Shown: positions 50,713-59,812 of the stretch, piece by piece
How the letters are laid out: every line of letters begins with the position of its first letter
How positions within the stretch are numbered: the stretch's first letter is position 1
Notes under the pieces: model-generated
Seen by the model: the letters and a program-made list of their open reading frames with translations, nothing else
Database searches by the model: none
Told to the model about the DNA's origin: nothing
Translations under genes and position numbers: made by a program
From: Anaerolineae bacterium
GTDB lineage: Bacteria; Chloroflexota; Anaerolineae; Aggregatilineales; Phototrophicaceae
DNA: 64,000 bases
Reading direction: 5' to 3'
Assembly: GCA_034437895.1 (NCBI GenBank)
Contig: DAOTTO010000358.1
Coordinates: 7,366-71,365, forward strand

Positions 50713-50817
50713 AAAGACTTTAATTTACTGATATTACGTCCCTAAGCGCGATATTCCGTAGGGGAGAGCTTCAAACTCTCTCCTACAAAAGAGCAAAATC
50801 TGCGTAAGGTGAGGCAT

Positions 50818-51714
50818 TTAATTCTCATCAAAGAGGCTGCGGACAAAGTTATCCGGGTCAAAGCCGATCATATTGGCGATGCCTTCTCCCAAACCGACAT
50901 ACTGCACAGGTAAACCTAATTCTTGAAACACAGAAAAGATCATACCGCCTTTGGGTGTGCCATCCAATTTGGTGACGATAACGCCAGTGATGTTAATGAT
51001 TTCCTTGAATTTCTTGGCTTGCTGGAGCGCATTCTGTCCGTTGGTGCCGTCGAGTACAAGCAGGACTTCATGCGGTGCGCCGGGAACGACTTTATCCGAA
51101 ACTGAGCGAATTTTGACGAGTTCCTCCATCAAATTGTGATTGGTATGGAGCCGTCCAGCGGTATCGACGATTAAGATATTATAGCCGCGTGCTTTGGCGG
51201 CGGCGGTTGCGTCAAAAACAACAGCAGCGGGATCGGAGCCGGGTTTGTTGGCGATGACGGGTACGTCGGCACGTTTTCCCCATTGTTGCAGTTGTTCGAT
51301 GGCGGCGGCGCGAAAGGTGTCGCCAGCAGCAAGCATCACTCTGCGGGCAGGCGGGTTGTTCAGACGGGCGGCGAGCTTGCCGATTGAAGTCGTTTTGCCA
51401 GAACCGTTGACCCCTACTACAAGCACAATCGAAAGTTCACGTCCGCTGACATCCAAGGGGCGGGGAACTTCTAGCAAAGAACGCAGCGATTCACGCAGTG
51501 CTTTTTGTAATTGATCGTTGCGCCGCAGCCCGCGTGATTTGAGGTCTTTCATGACGATTTCGGTGGTTGGGATGCCGACATCGGCTTGAATCAAAGTGGC
51601 TTCAATATCGTCCCAAGTCTCATCGTCAATTTCCGCCGCACCGCTTAACATGCCTGCCAGCCGCCCGAAGAACGACGTGCGGGTTTTAGTCATGCCTTTT
51701 CCAAATAGGCTCAT
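50818..51714 (-). CDS. ftsY: Signal recognition particle receptor FtsY (short form, NG domain only)
   Basis: 298 aa. It has G1 [10 protein letters not shown]3 DTAGRL, G4 TKLDGT and GLGEGI. Confidence 0.93.
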   Translation of the reverse strand: MSLFGKGMTKTRTSFFGRLAGMLSGAAEIDDETWDDIEATLIQADVGIPTTEIVMKDLKSRGLRRNDQLQKALRESLRSLLEVPRPLDVSGRELSIVLVVGVNGSGKTTSIGKLAARLNNPPARRVMLAAGDTFRAAAIEQLQQWGKRADVPVIANKPGSDPAAVVFDATAAAKARGYNILIVDTAGRLHTNHNLMEELVKIRSVSDKVVPGAPHEVLLVLDGTNGQNALQQAKKFKEIINITGVIVTKLDGTPKGGMIFSVFQELGLPVQYVGLGEGIANMIGFDPDNFVRSLFDEN

Positions 51715-51832
51715 TTTGTTGTCAGCCTTTAGTTGATTATTTTAGCAGGGATCTTCTGCTCTTAAATACAGGAAACAAACTGAGAATACGATTTTCGAGT
51801 ATACCTGTGATACAAGGGCAGTTCAAGACTGG

Positions 51833-51849
51833 TATAATTGTGCTATAAA
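51833..51849 (+). promoter_or_regulatory. Overlapping -10 candidates for moaC (TATAAT and TGCTATAAA)
   Basis: The sequence GGTATAATTGTGCTATAAAAG lies 27-43 nt upstream of the moaC ATG. Confidence 0.4.
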
Positions 51850-51875
51850 AGTCTAACGCTCGAAAGCATAAGTCG

Positions 51876-52358
51876 ATGGATAACGAACTGACGCATCTTG
51901 ACGAAACAGGCCGCGCCGATATGGTGGATGTCGGCGCGAAGCCAGAAAGTGAACGCATGGCGGTTGCTGCTGGGACAGTTAGAATGCAGCCGAAAACGCT
52001 GCGCTTAATCAGTGAAGGTGTGCTGAAAAAAGGCGATGTGCTGACGGTAGCACGTATTGCCGGAATTATGGCGGCGAAACGCACCTCAGAACTTATTCCG
52101 TTGTGTCATCCCATTCCTCTGACGAAAATAGGCGTTGATATCGAGATTGATGAGCAGGGGAGCGCGATACATATTACGGCAACGGCACGTACTGTTGGTA
52201 AAACGGGTGTCGAAATGGAAGCGCTGACGGCGGTGAGTGTGGCGGCGCTCACGATCTATGATATGGCGAAAGCGATTGATCGCGGAATGCGAATTGGCGA
52301 TATTCGCCTGTTAGAAAAGCGCGGGGGTGTGCATGGTGATTATGCGGCTGACGAATAA
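51876..52358 (+). CDS. moaC: Cyclic pyranopterin monophosphate synthase accessory protein
   Basis: 160 aa. MoaC motifs are present ([52 protein letters not shown]). Confidence 0.93.
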   Translation: MDNELTHLDETGRADMVDVGAKPESERMAVAAGTVRMQPKTLRLISEGVLKKGDVLTVARIAGIMAAKRTSELIPLCHPIPLTKIGVDIEIDEQGSAIHITATARTVGKTGVEMEALTAVSVAALTIYDMAKAIDRGMRIGDIRLLEKRGGVHGDYAADE

Positions 52359-52425
52359 GACACGCATCTGTCGCAGCCGGAAATGAAGTAGCCAAAATGT
52401 ATTTGGGTGGGATTAAAGGTGAGTT

Positions 52426-53154
52426 ATGCAGGTGAATGTGCTGTTATTCGCAACGTTAAAAGATATTGCCGGAAGCAATAAAGTCTCGCTGCTGCTGCCG
52501 GAGGAAAATGCGACAGTAGACGACATCAGGCGTGGCTTGATCGATCTTCATCCAGCGATTGAACGAAATGTTCAAGCGGCGATTGCGTCCGTGAATCGGG
52601 AATTTGCGCGGGGTGATAGTGTGGTTTTAGATGGAGATGAAGTAGCTTTCTTCCCGCCTGTTAGCGGCGGTAGTTCTGAATCACCAGAAAAACCTGAAAT
52701 TTACCGTCTCCCAAATACGCCGATAGACCATGATGAAATCATTGCCACGATTACAACACCCGCCACAGGAGCAGTCTGCTTGTTTAGTGGTATGGTACGG
52801 GGGGAAACACAAAGAGAAGGTCATTTGCCGCAGACGATGCGCCTTGAGTATGAGGCTTATGAGCCAATGGCAATTGTGAAGATGCAGCAAGTGGCGGCAG
52901 AAATCCGTGAACGTTGGCCTTTGGTTTTGGGTATTGCTATCGCACAACGTATCGGCCTGCTGAAAGTGGGGCAAAATACAGTTTTGATCGCCTGTTCCGC
53001 CGCACACCGCGACGACGGGTGTTTTGAGGCAGCACGATATGGTATTGATCGCTTGAAAGAGATCGTGCCGGTCTGGAAAAAAGAAATCGGATTAGACGGA
53101 GAACGGTGGATTGAGGGGGGGTATCTGCCCTCAGTTGAGGATAACCACACCTAA
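52426..53154 (+). CDS. Molybdopterin synthase, fused sulfur-carrier (MoaD) and catalytic (MoaE) subunits
   Basis: The N-terminal ~80 aa are ubiquitin-like and end in FPPVSGG (the MoaD C-terminal GG). They continue in frame into a MoaE-like domain (GAVCLFSGMVRG...YEAYEPMA...VPVWKKE). Confidence 0.85.
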   Translation: MQVNVLLFATLKDIAGSNKVSLLLPEENATVDDIRRGLIDLHPAIERNVQAAIASVNREFARGDSVVLDGDEVAFFPPVSGGSSESPEKPEIYRLPNTPIDHDEIIATITTPATGAVCLFSGMVRGETQREGHLPQTMRLEYEAYEPMAIVKMQQVAAEIRERWPLVLGIAIAQRIGLLKVGQNTVLIACSAAHRDDGCFEAARYGIDRLKEIVPVWKKEIGLDGERWIEGGYLPSVEDNHT

Positions 53155-53232
53155 TTTTTCGGGTTACACTCTCACACAACTTGCACTATATTTTTTAAAA
53201 ATTTATTTCCGGCATCATAAGGAGACAAACGC

Positions 53233-54474
53233 ATGTCAAGACGTGTTGTCGTGACGGGTCTAGGGATGGTTACACCATTAGGCCACACCGTCGAAGCGAC
53301 CTGGGATGCGATCAAAAATGGGCGGAGCGGTGTAAGCCGTGTGACTCGTTTTGATGCAAGCACTTATAACGTCCAAATCGCGGCGGAAATCAAAGATTGG
53401 GATTCATCGCCGTATCTGTCTGCAAAAGATTTACGCCGTCATGACCGTTATCAATGGTATGCTTACGCGTCAGCTTGCCAAGCTGTAGCTCATGCAGGCT
53501 TGCAACTCACTGATGAGCAGCGTCCACGCACTAGCGTTATTGTGGGGTCGGCGGTGGGGGGTGTAGAGAGCTATCATGACCAGACACTTTTAGTCGATCA
53601 TAGTGGTGATTTGCGTAAAGTATCGCCTTTTGGCATTCCGATGCTGGTCGTCAATGGTGCCAGCAATATGGTGAGCATCATGCTTGGCGCGACGGGGCCT
53701 TCATATACACCTGTTTCGGCCTGTGCGACGGGCGCTGATTGTATTGGTCATGCGTTTGATCTGATTCGGATGGGCAAAATTGACCGAGCCATTACAGGCT
53801 GCGGAGAAGCACCGATTATCCCAATGGGACTTGGGGCATTTGATCGAATTCAAGCAACATCGCGGCGGAATGATGATCCTGCCGGAGCGATGCGACCTTT
53901 CGCAAAAGATCGGGATGGCTTGGTTTTCAGCGAGGGGGCAGGCGTTTTGGTTTTGGAAGAATTGGAAGGTGCGAAGGCACGGGGCGCGACTATCCTAGCG
54001 GAATTGGTGGGATATGGGTCTACATCTGATGCCTTTCATGTGACTGCACCAGAACCGGAAGGGATGGGCGCGAGCGAGGCCATTCGCCAAGCGATGCACA
54101 ATGCTGAGGTGAATTTAACTGATATTCATTACATCAACGCGCATGGGACGGCGACCCAATTGAATGATCCGATGGAGACGAAAGCCGTTAAGCGTGTTTT
54201 TGGCGATCATGCCTATAAAATTCCGATGAGTTCTACGAAAAGTATGACTGGACACGGAATGGGCATGACTGCGGCGATTGAAGCCATTTTTTGTGTGTTG
54301 GCGCTGCGCGATCAAGTTGCACCGCCGACCATTAATTTGTACGAATCTGATCCAGAATGTGATCTGGATTATGTCCCCCATACCGCCCGCGAAGTGAACA
54401 TGACGGTTGCGATGAGCAATTCTTTTGGCTTCGGCGGGCATAACGTCTCTTTGATCTTTAAGAAATATGAGTAA
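53233..54474 (+). CDS. fabF: Beta-ketoacyl-ACP synthase II
   Basis: 413 aa. It has the active-site Cys context SACATGADCIG, His motifs (NAHGTAT, GHGMG) and a C-terminal SFGFGGHN. Confidence 0.93.
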   Translation: MSRRVVVTGLGMVTPLGHTVEATWDAIKNGRSGVSRVTRFDASTYNVQIAAEIKDWDSSPYLSAKDLRRHDRYQWYAYASACQAVAHAGLQLTDEQRPRTSVIVGSAVGGVESYHDQTLLVDHSGDLRKVSPFGIPMLVVNGASNMVSIMLGATGPSYTPVSACATGADCIGHAFDLIRMGKIDRAITGCGEAPIIPMGLGAFDRIQATSRRNDDPAGAMRPFAKDRDGLVFSEGAGVLVLEELEGAKARGATILAELVGYGSTSDAFHVTAPEPEGMGASEAIRQAMHNAEVNLTDIHYINAHGTATQLNDPMETKAVKRVFGDHAYKIPMSSTKSMTGHGMGMTAAIEAIFCVLALRDQVAPPTINLYESDPECDLDYVPHTAREVNMTVAMSNSFGFGGHNVSLIFKKYE

Positions 54475-54476
54475 AA

Positions 54477-55178
54477 ATGGAACTGAACGAATTTGCGGAA
54501 ATCCTCGGTGTGGAATTTAAGCAACCCGACCTATTGCGGCAGGCTTTGACGCACCGATCTTACATCAATGAGCAAACTGGTGAAGAAATTGGTGATAATG
54601 AACGCCTAGAATTTTTGGGTGATGCGATTCTTGATTTTATCACGGCGGATATGCTCTATGTGCGTTTCCCAGATATGCCGGAAGGGGGAATGACTCGTCT
54701 TCGCTCGGCTTTAGTACGGACGGAAGCGCTGGCGCAGATGGCAATCGACTGTCGATTGGGCGAGGTGCTTCTTATCGGTAAAGGTGAGGAAAACAGCGGC
54801 GGACGAGAACGTACTAATAATCTCTGTCGGGCATTTGAGGCAGTGATAGGAGCGATCTATCTCGATCAAGGGTTGGATATTGTCAAAGGATTTATCATCC
54901 CACGTTTGAATCAAATGCAGCAGTATGTTATGGAAGCGGCGATCCGCAAGGATGCCCGCAGCCAGCTGCAAGAATGGAGCCAAGCAGCCCACAACCTGAC
55001 TCCAGTTTACCGTACCGTGTCCTCTTCGGGACCCGACCACGATAAGGCCTTTGAGGTCGAGGTTTTGATTGGGACGAGAGTGATCTCTACTGGCAGCGGA
55101 CGCAGCAAGCAATCCGCCGCGCAATCGGCGGCAATCACTGCCTTGGAATTAGTCGAAAGCGGTCAGATAGAGATTTAG
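54477..55178 (+). CDS. rnc: Ribonuclease III
   Basis: It has the signature NERLEFLGDA and a C-terminal dsRBD (PDHDKAFEVEV...GRSKQSAAQSAA). It starts 2 nt after the fabF stop. Confidence 0.93.
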   Translation: MELNEFAEILGVEFKQPDLLRQALTHRSYINEQTGEEIGDNERLEFLGDAILDFITADMLYVRFPDMPEGGMTRLRSALVRTEALAQMAIDCRLGEVLLIGKGEENSGGRERTNNLCRAFEAVIGAIYLDQGLDIVKGFIIPRLNQMQQYVMEAAIRKDARSQLQEWSQAAHNLTPVYRTVSSSGPDHDKAFEVEVLIGTRVISTGSGRSKQSAAQSAAITALELVESGQIEI

Positions 55179-55228
55179 GACTTGCGTGGGGCGAAGTAGT
55201 TGTGTTCGCCCCAAATTTCCCTATATGC

Positions 55229-57367
55229 TTAACGCAGCCTGACTCCGATGACGGCAAGACGATGATCGGAGGCGGCATTGTTCTTGATAACGTTTGCACC
55301 TTCCAGCGGCAGGTTATTGGTCGTCCAGAGATAATCCAGCCGCGCTTGCTGTCCTGTGCGGACAAAGGTTGCCGAATCATCAAGTGATGCGCCTGCAAAG
55401 GGGTCATTTAATCCGGATTGTCGCATCCGCTGGATTAAATCTGAGTCGGGAACATTATTGAACGTTCCTCCAATAAGTGTGCGGCTGCGCCCTAATGAAT
55501 CGCCTGTAAACTGATTACTGATGATATTGAAAATTTCATTAAGCTGCTGCTGCTGCTCTTGCTCTTGTTCGATTGGTGTACGTGCGGCATCTGTTGCCAG
55601 CAAAACCCCCAGCCAAGTATTGTAGAGCGTAATCACGCCGCCATCAGGACGGATTTGGACGCGCTGCAAGCCAGTTTGAATACCGATACTCGTCAGTGGA
55701 TAGCCATCGTCAAAGACAATCTCGATGCGTGAGAGGACAGCTAATCCCTGTAAGCTGCCATTGGTAGGATAGAAACGCGCATCCATGCCTAGCCGCCGCG
55801 CCAACCATAAAACCTGATCGACCCCAAAACTGGTTAACCGTCCCGTTTCCACTTCTTGCAAAAGTACCACGTCCGCGCCACTTTCCAGAACTGCACGGGC
55901 GACAGCTTCAAGATCGTAATACCAAAATTCGTTATAGCCTGCGTGGACATTATAGGTAGCAACACGCACTAATTCAGGATTAGTCAGCCCTTCAACACGC
56001 GGAGGCCGTGCGGCGAGTGCGCCACCAATCGCTGCTGCCGCGATGAGGACAATCGCGGCAAAGGATTGAGCCATGCCGCCGCCGGGCCATGGAATGCGCC
56101 GACGGGTTTGCACCATGGGCAGGGCAGCGAGGAAGACACCGAGTAGAAGCACAATCAGCCCTAACCCGCGAAAACCACGCAGCAGCGGTGGGATAATATC
56201 ATTCAAAAAGTTAAGCTGCGGTGCGAGATTGCGTACAAAAGCGTACTCAAAAGTGAACGAATCCGCAATGACGAGCAAAGTGAAGACAATCACCCCTAGA
56301 ATGACCCAAATCGCGCTAAAATTGCGTTCTTTTTGGGCTTGTGGACGTGGCAGCCACCACCACATCATACTGACGAAAAATTGCGCCGTGACCAAAATGA
56401 TAACCGCAATCGTGCCGCCGATTCTTGTACCAATGACGATAAGCAGCGCGACTAAGAGCATCCACGACCAGCCGCGCACACTACTGTCGAACAGGCTGAT
56501 GAATTCTCGCGCTTTGACCCGTATCCAAGGGATGAGGGGGAGTAATGTCGCCGTGATTGTCAACGGTACAAGGATGGGATATAGGATATAACTGCCCGAC
56601 CCGCGTGCGATCATCGCATTCGGCAGGGCGAGAAGAGCCATCTCCAAATAGAGCAACCCGCCCATGCCAATGCCACTCCAAATCGTCATAAGTCCTATCG
56701 TTACAGCGGCACGATCCTTACGTCGTCCTTGTTGGCGCTGTTGGAGCAATAGGGTGCTAAATGCGATTGTGACCACGACAATGGAAAGAATAAGTTGCAG
56801 CGATTGATAGGTTAGAACGGCATTGGCTGACCTGAGAACGATTGTTGCGCCTGACCAAGATGGATCGAGGGTGTTCCCGGCAGCGCGGAAAATCTGGTCG
56901 ATAGCGATTGCAAGCGTAAAAAAAAGAGGTAGCGTTTGTGGGCGGTGGCGAGTGAGCAGGGTGATGTAAAATAAGCCGCCGCCAACTGCCATTGCCGCTC
57001 CTATCGTGCTGGAAAATGTCACCGAATCCGCTACCATAAAATAACGTCCAACGGCAGTGAGCGCTGCGCCCACTAATAAGAGCCAGCGTACCCGACCTAT
57101 GAACAAAGTGAGCAATGGTAGGGAAATCATATAGATCAAGAAGGTGATCTCGCTGCTGGCTGTATTTGGATCGACCAAACCCGGCAACGCCCGATTAATC
57201 AAGGCTGGGTCAAGCGCGGGAAATTGGGAAGCGCTGGCGATGCGGCTGTAGAGCATCCCGACGAGAAAGCGCAGTGCCTGGATGAAAAACACACCAATCA
57301 GCGCCCCTTCAATCACAAAAAGGGGTTGTGGGCGCAGGGGAAAAACAGAACGCAGGCAACTAAGCAT
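55229..57367 (-). CDS. Polytopic membrane protein fused to a C-terminal endonuclease/exonuclease/phosphatase (EEP) domain
   Basis: The N-terminal ~430 aa have many hydrophobic helices. The C-terminal ~260 aa have EEP-type motifs (VATYNVHAGY, DVVLLQEVE, GGTFN, SDHRLV). Confidence 0.7.
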   Translation of the reverse strand: MLSCLRSVFPLRPQPLFVIEGALIGVFFIQALRFLVGMLYSRIASASQFPALDPALINRALPGLVDPNTASSEITFLIYMISLPLLTLFIGRVRWLLLVGAALTAVGRYFMVADSVTFSSTIGAAMAVGGGLFYITLLTRHRPQTLPLFFTLAIAIDQIFRAAGNTLDPSWSGATIVLRSANAVLTYQSLQLILSIVVVTIAFSTLLLQQRQQGRRKDRAAVTIGLMTIWSGIGMGGLLYLEMALLALPNAMIARGSGSYILYPILVPLTITATLLPLIPWIRVKAREFISLFDSSVRGWSWMLLVALLIVIGTRIGGTIAVIILVTAQFFVSMMWWWLPRPQAQKERNFSAIWVILGVIVFTLLVIADSFTFEYAFVRNLAPQLNFLNDIIPPLLRGFRGLGLIVLLLGVFLAALPMVQTRRRIPWPGGGMAQSFAAIVLIAAAAIGGALAARPPRVEGLTNPELVRVATYNVHAGYNEFWYYDLEAVARAVLESGADVVLLQEVETGRLTSFGVDQVLWLARRLGMDARFYPTNGSLQGLAVLSRIEIVFDDGYPLTSIGIQTGLQRVQIRPDGGVITLYNTWLGVLLATDAARTPIEQEQEQQQQLNEIFNIISNQFTGDSLGRSRTLIGGTFNNVPDSDLIQRMRQSGLNDPFAGASLDDSATFVRTGQQARLDYLWTTNNLPLEGANVIKNNAASDHRLAVIGVRLR

Positions 57368-57510
57368 CAGGGTACTCCTGGGGTGTGGGTAACAATCCGC
57401 AAGAAAAATTTAGGAACAAGATTTTAAGCGCTAGTTAAGGTTTCCTGTACAAAGTCTACATGTGCTGTATAATTTCGCCAATTTCCTTACGGAAGAAATG
57501 GAGGCTGGTG

Positions 57511-59499
57511 ATGGAAAAGGTTGATGTCATTTTAACTGGCGGCACAGTGATCACCATGAACAAAAAGTTCGATCTGATTTTTGGCGGCGCGGTTGCTATC
57601 CGCGAAAGTAAAATTGTCGCCATCGGCACGAGCGCTGAAATCGCCGCCCAATATGAAGCCTCTGAGATTGTATCTTGTGAAGGCCAATACGTCTTGCCTG
57701 GCCTTGTCAACGCACATACCCATGTTCCAATGACGCTCTTACGCGGCTTGGCGGACGATTTGCGTTTAGATGTTTGGCTCATGGGCTATATCATGCCAAC
57801 GGAGCGCGAGTTTGTCAGCCCGGAATTTTGCCGTTTGGGTACGAAGCTGGCCTGTGCGGAGTTTATTCGTGGTGGGGTAACGGCCTTTGCAGATATGTAT
57901 TATTTTGAAGCGGAGATTGCCGCTGCGACTGCTGAGGCGGGGCTGCGCGCGGTTTTGGGGCAGACGATCCTGAAGTTCCCTGCGCCAGATGCCGAATCGT
58001 ATGAAGATAGCCTAGAATATGCCCGCGAATTCATCGAGACGTGGCGAGATCATCCTTTGATTACGCCAGCGGTTGCCCCACATGCCCCTTATTCGAGTAC
58101 CGAAGAACTGCTCAAGAAATCGGCGCAGTTGGCGATGCAGTATGATGTGCCGGTTCTGATTCATGTTTCTGAGACACGCACAGAAGAAGAAGACAGTCTT
58201 AGAGATTATGAGTTGCGTGAAGTCCCTTGGATGAAATCGACGGGACTCCTGAACGCCAAAGTTTTGGCCGCGCATTGCGTTCACGTCAACATCAGCGACA
58301 TTGAGACGCTTTATGAGAATGATGCGACTATTGCACACTGCCCAACGAGCAATTTAAAGCTGGCGAGTGGGATTGCCCCCATTGGCAAAATGCTCGAAAC
58401 GGGTGTTGTGGTGGGCATTGGCACAGATGGCCCTGCGAGTAACAATGATTTGGATATGTTTGAGGAAATCCGTTTGGCGGCAATTCTGGCAAAGACGGCA
58501 CAGAATGATCCGACGGCACTCCCCGCTAGACAAGCGCTCCTGATGGCGACGCGGCAGGGCGCAGAAGCCTTGTTTTTGGGCGATGTAACGGGCAGCTTAG
58601 AAGTGGGGAAATATGCGGACATCATTATGATGGATGCGGAAACGATTCATAACACGCCCTATTTTCGGCGCAATCCTAATGCGGTTTATGCCGAGATCGT
58701 TTATTCCGGCAAGAGTACCGATGTGCTGCATGTGATGTGCCATGGACGCTGGCTGATGCGTGATCGGGAATTGCTCACGCTGGATTTACCACAAATCAAA
58801 CAGCAGGCGCAGCAGTATGCCGCAAAGGTGGATATTTTCCTTGCCGCACATGAAGGTAATGCGTTGAGCAAGCTGCTGGCGGTGGGTGGTGTGGAACGAG
58901 CGGAGAGCTTTGAAGTTCAGGTCAAGGCGATGCTGAAAGATCAATCCATTCTCGAAAACTTGCTGGATCATCCCGATGTTGAAATTCTACGGATGACGCA
59001 CTACAAGCAGTACGATACCTACTTTGTGTTCAATGATGAGCGTGATGAGGACGTGCGGGTGCGCTATCGGGAAGATGATCGCGTGGATTCAAATGGCGAT
59101 GTCGGCGAAGTCCGCACCCGTTTGACCTTTACGACACGTACTAAAGAGAACGAATTTGACTCAGCCGTGCTGCTTTCTCACTCGCGCTTTATCGCCCCGG
59201 CAGATCGCCCGCTGCGCTTTTATCAGGAATATTTTGCTGGCAGTACCCAGCGTGAACTGCATAAAGAGCGTATGCGCTATCATATTCACTATCAAGGGGT
59301 CTTGTTCTACATCAACATTGATAAAATGCTGAAGCCCGCGCTTCCAGATGCGTTCATCGAGATCAAGAGCCGCACTTGGTCAGAGACCGATGCGGAGATC
59401 AAAGCGGCACGTATCCGCGAAATGCTGGATATTTTGGGATTAACTCATGCGGATGTCATACGGATGGAATATTTAGAGATTACCGCCCAGCCAAGTTAA
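57511..59499 (+). CDS. MtaD-like amidohydrolase (5'-methylthioadenosine/S-adenosylhomocysteine deaminase family) fused to a C-terminal CYTH-like domain
   Basis: The N-terminal ~440 aa have the metal site PGLVNAHTHVPM, HVSE and GTDG. The C-terminal 196 aa (58909-59496) show a CYTH-like pattern: FEVQVK, QYDTYF, VRVRYRED, RLTFT, FYINIDK...FIEIKS. ATG 57511 lies 6 nt after GGAGG. Confidence 0.8.
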   Translation: MEKVDVILTGGTVITMNKKFDLIFGGAVAIRESKIVAIGTSAEIAAQYEASEIVSCEGQYVLPGLVNAHTHVPMTLLRGLADDLRLDVWLMGYIMPTEREFVSPEFCRLGTKLACAEFIRGGVTAFADMYYFEAEIAAATAEAGLRAVLGQTILKFPAPDAESYEDSLEYAREFIETWRDHPLITPAVAPHAPYSSTEELLKKSAQLAMQYDVPVLIHVSETRTEEEDSLRDYELREVPWMKSTGLLNAKVLAAHCVHVNISDIETLYENDATIAHCPTSNLKLASGIAPIGKMLETGVVVGIGTDGPASNNDLDMFEEIRLAAILAKTAQNDPTALPARQALLMATRQGAEALFLGDVTGSLEVGKYADIIMMDAETIHNTPYFRRNPNAVYAEIVYSGKSTDVLHVMCHGRWLMRDRELLTLDLPQIKQQAQQYAAKVDIFLAAHEGNALSKLLAVGGVERAESFEVQVKAMLKDQSILENLLDHPDVEILRMTHYKQYDTYFVFNDERDEDVRVRYREDDRVDSNGDVGEVRTRLTFTTRTKENEFDSAVLLSHSRFIAPADRPLRFYQEYFAGSTQRELHKERMRYHIHYQGVLFYINIDKMLKPALPDAFIEIKSRTWSETDAEIKAARIREMLDILGLTHADVIRMEYLEITAQPS

Positions 59500-59538
59500 A
59501 ACCATCCATAATGTAAAAATTGCTCATGTTAGTTGATA

Positions 59539-59571
59539 AAAACGCAGAGGTAATTTCTACTTCTGCGTTTT
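59539..59571 (+). terminator. Rho-independent terminator after the deaminase-CYTH gene
   Basis: AAAACGCAGAGGTA pairs with TACTTCTGCGTTTT to give a ~14-bp stem (one G-U) around a 5-nt loop. The A and U runs are part of the arms. Confidence 0.7.
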
Positions 59572-59812
59572 AGATTCAATTGGGACTTTGGTTCGCTACT
59601 GTATGAACGAGCCATTTAAACACCTTATCTTGTCCCTAAAAAGCTGAAAGGCGAACCCTCATTTTGACACAATAATCTGATTTTGCTCACTTCACAAAGG
59701 TCTAATCATTATTTAATTTTGGACCATCAGCATAGTGAGCTTGCCCCGTCAGTTCGGCAGAGCAGGCTTCGCAATCTATTGTGTTAGCTTCACTAAGGTT
59801 GTCCACGATCAC

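Noticed and set aside
51715-51875. A Moco riboswitch upstream of moaC.
   Set aside because: The -10 candidates leave only about 20-40 nt of leader, too short for the ~130-nt Moco RNA motif. I could not find its conserved helices or loops.
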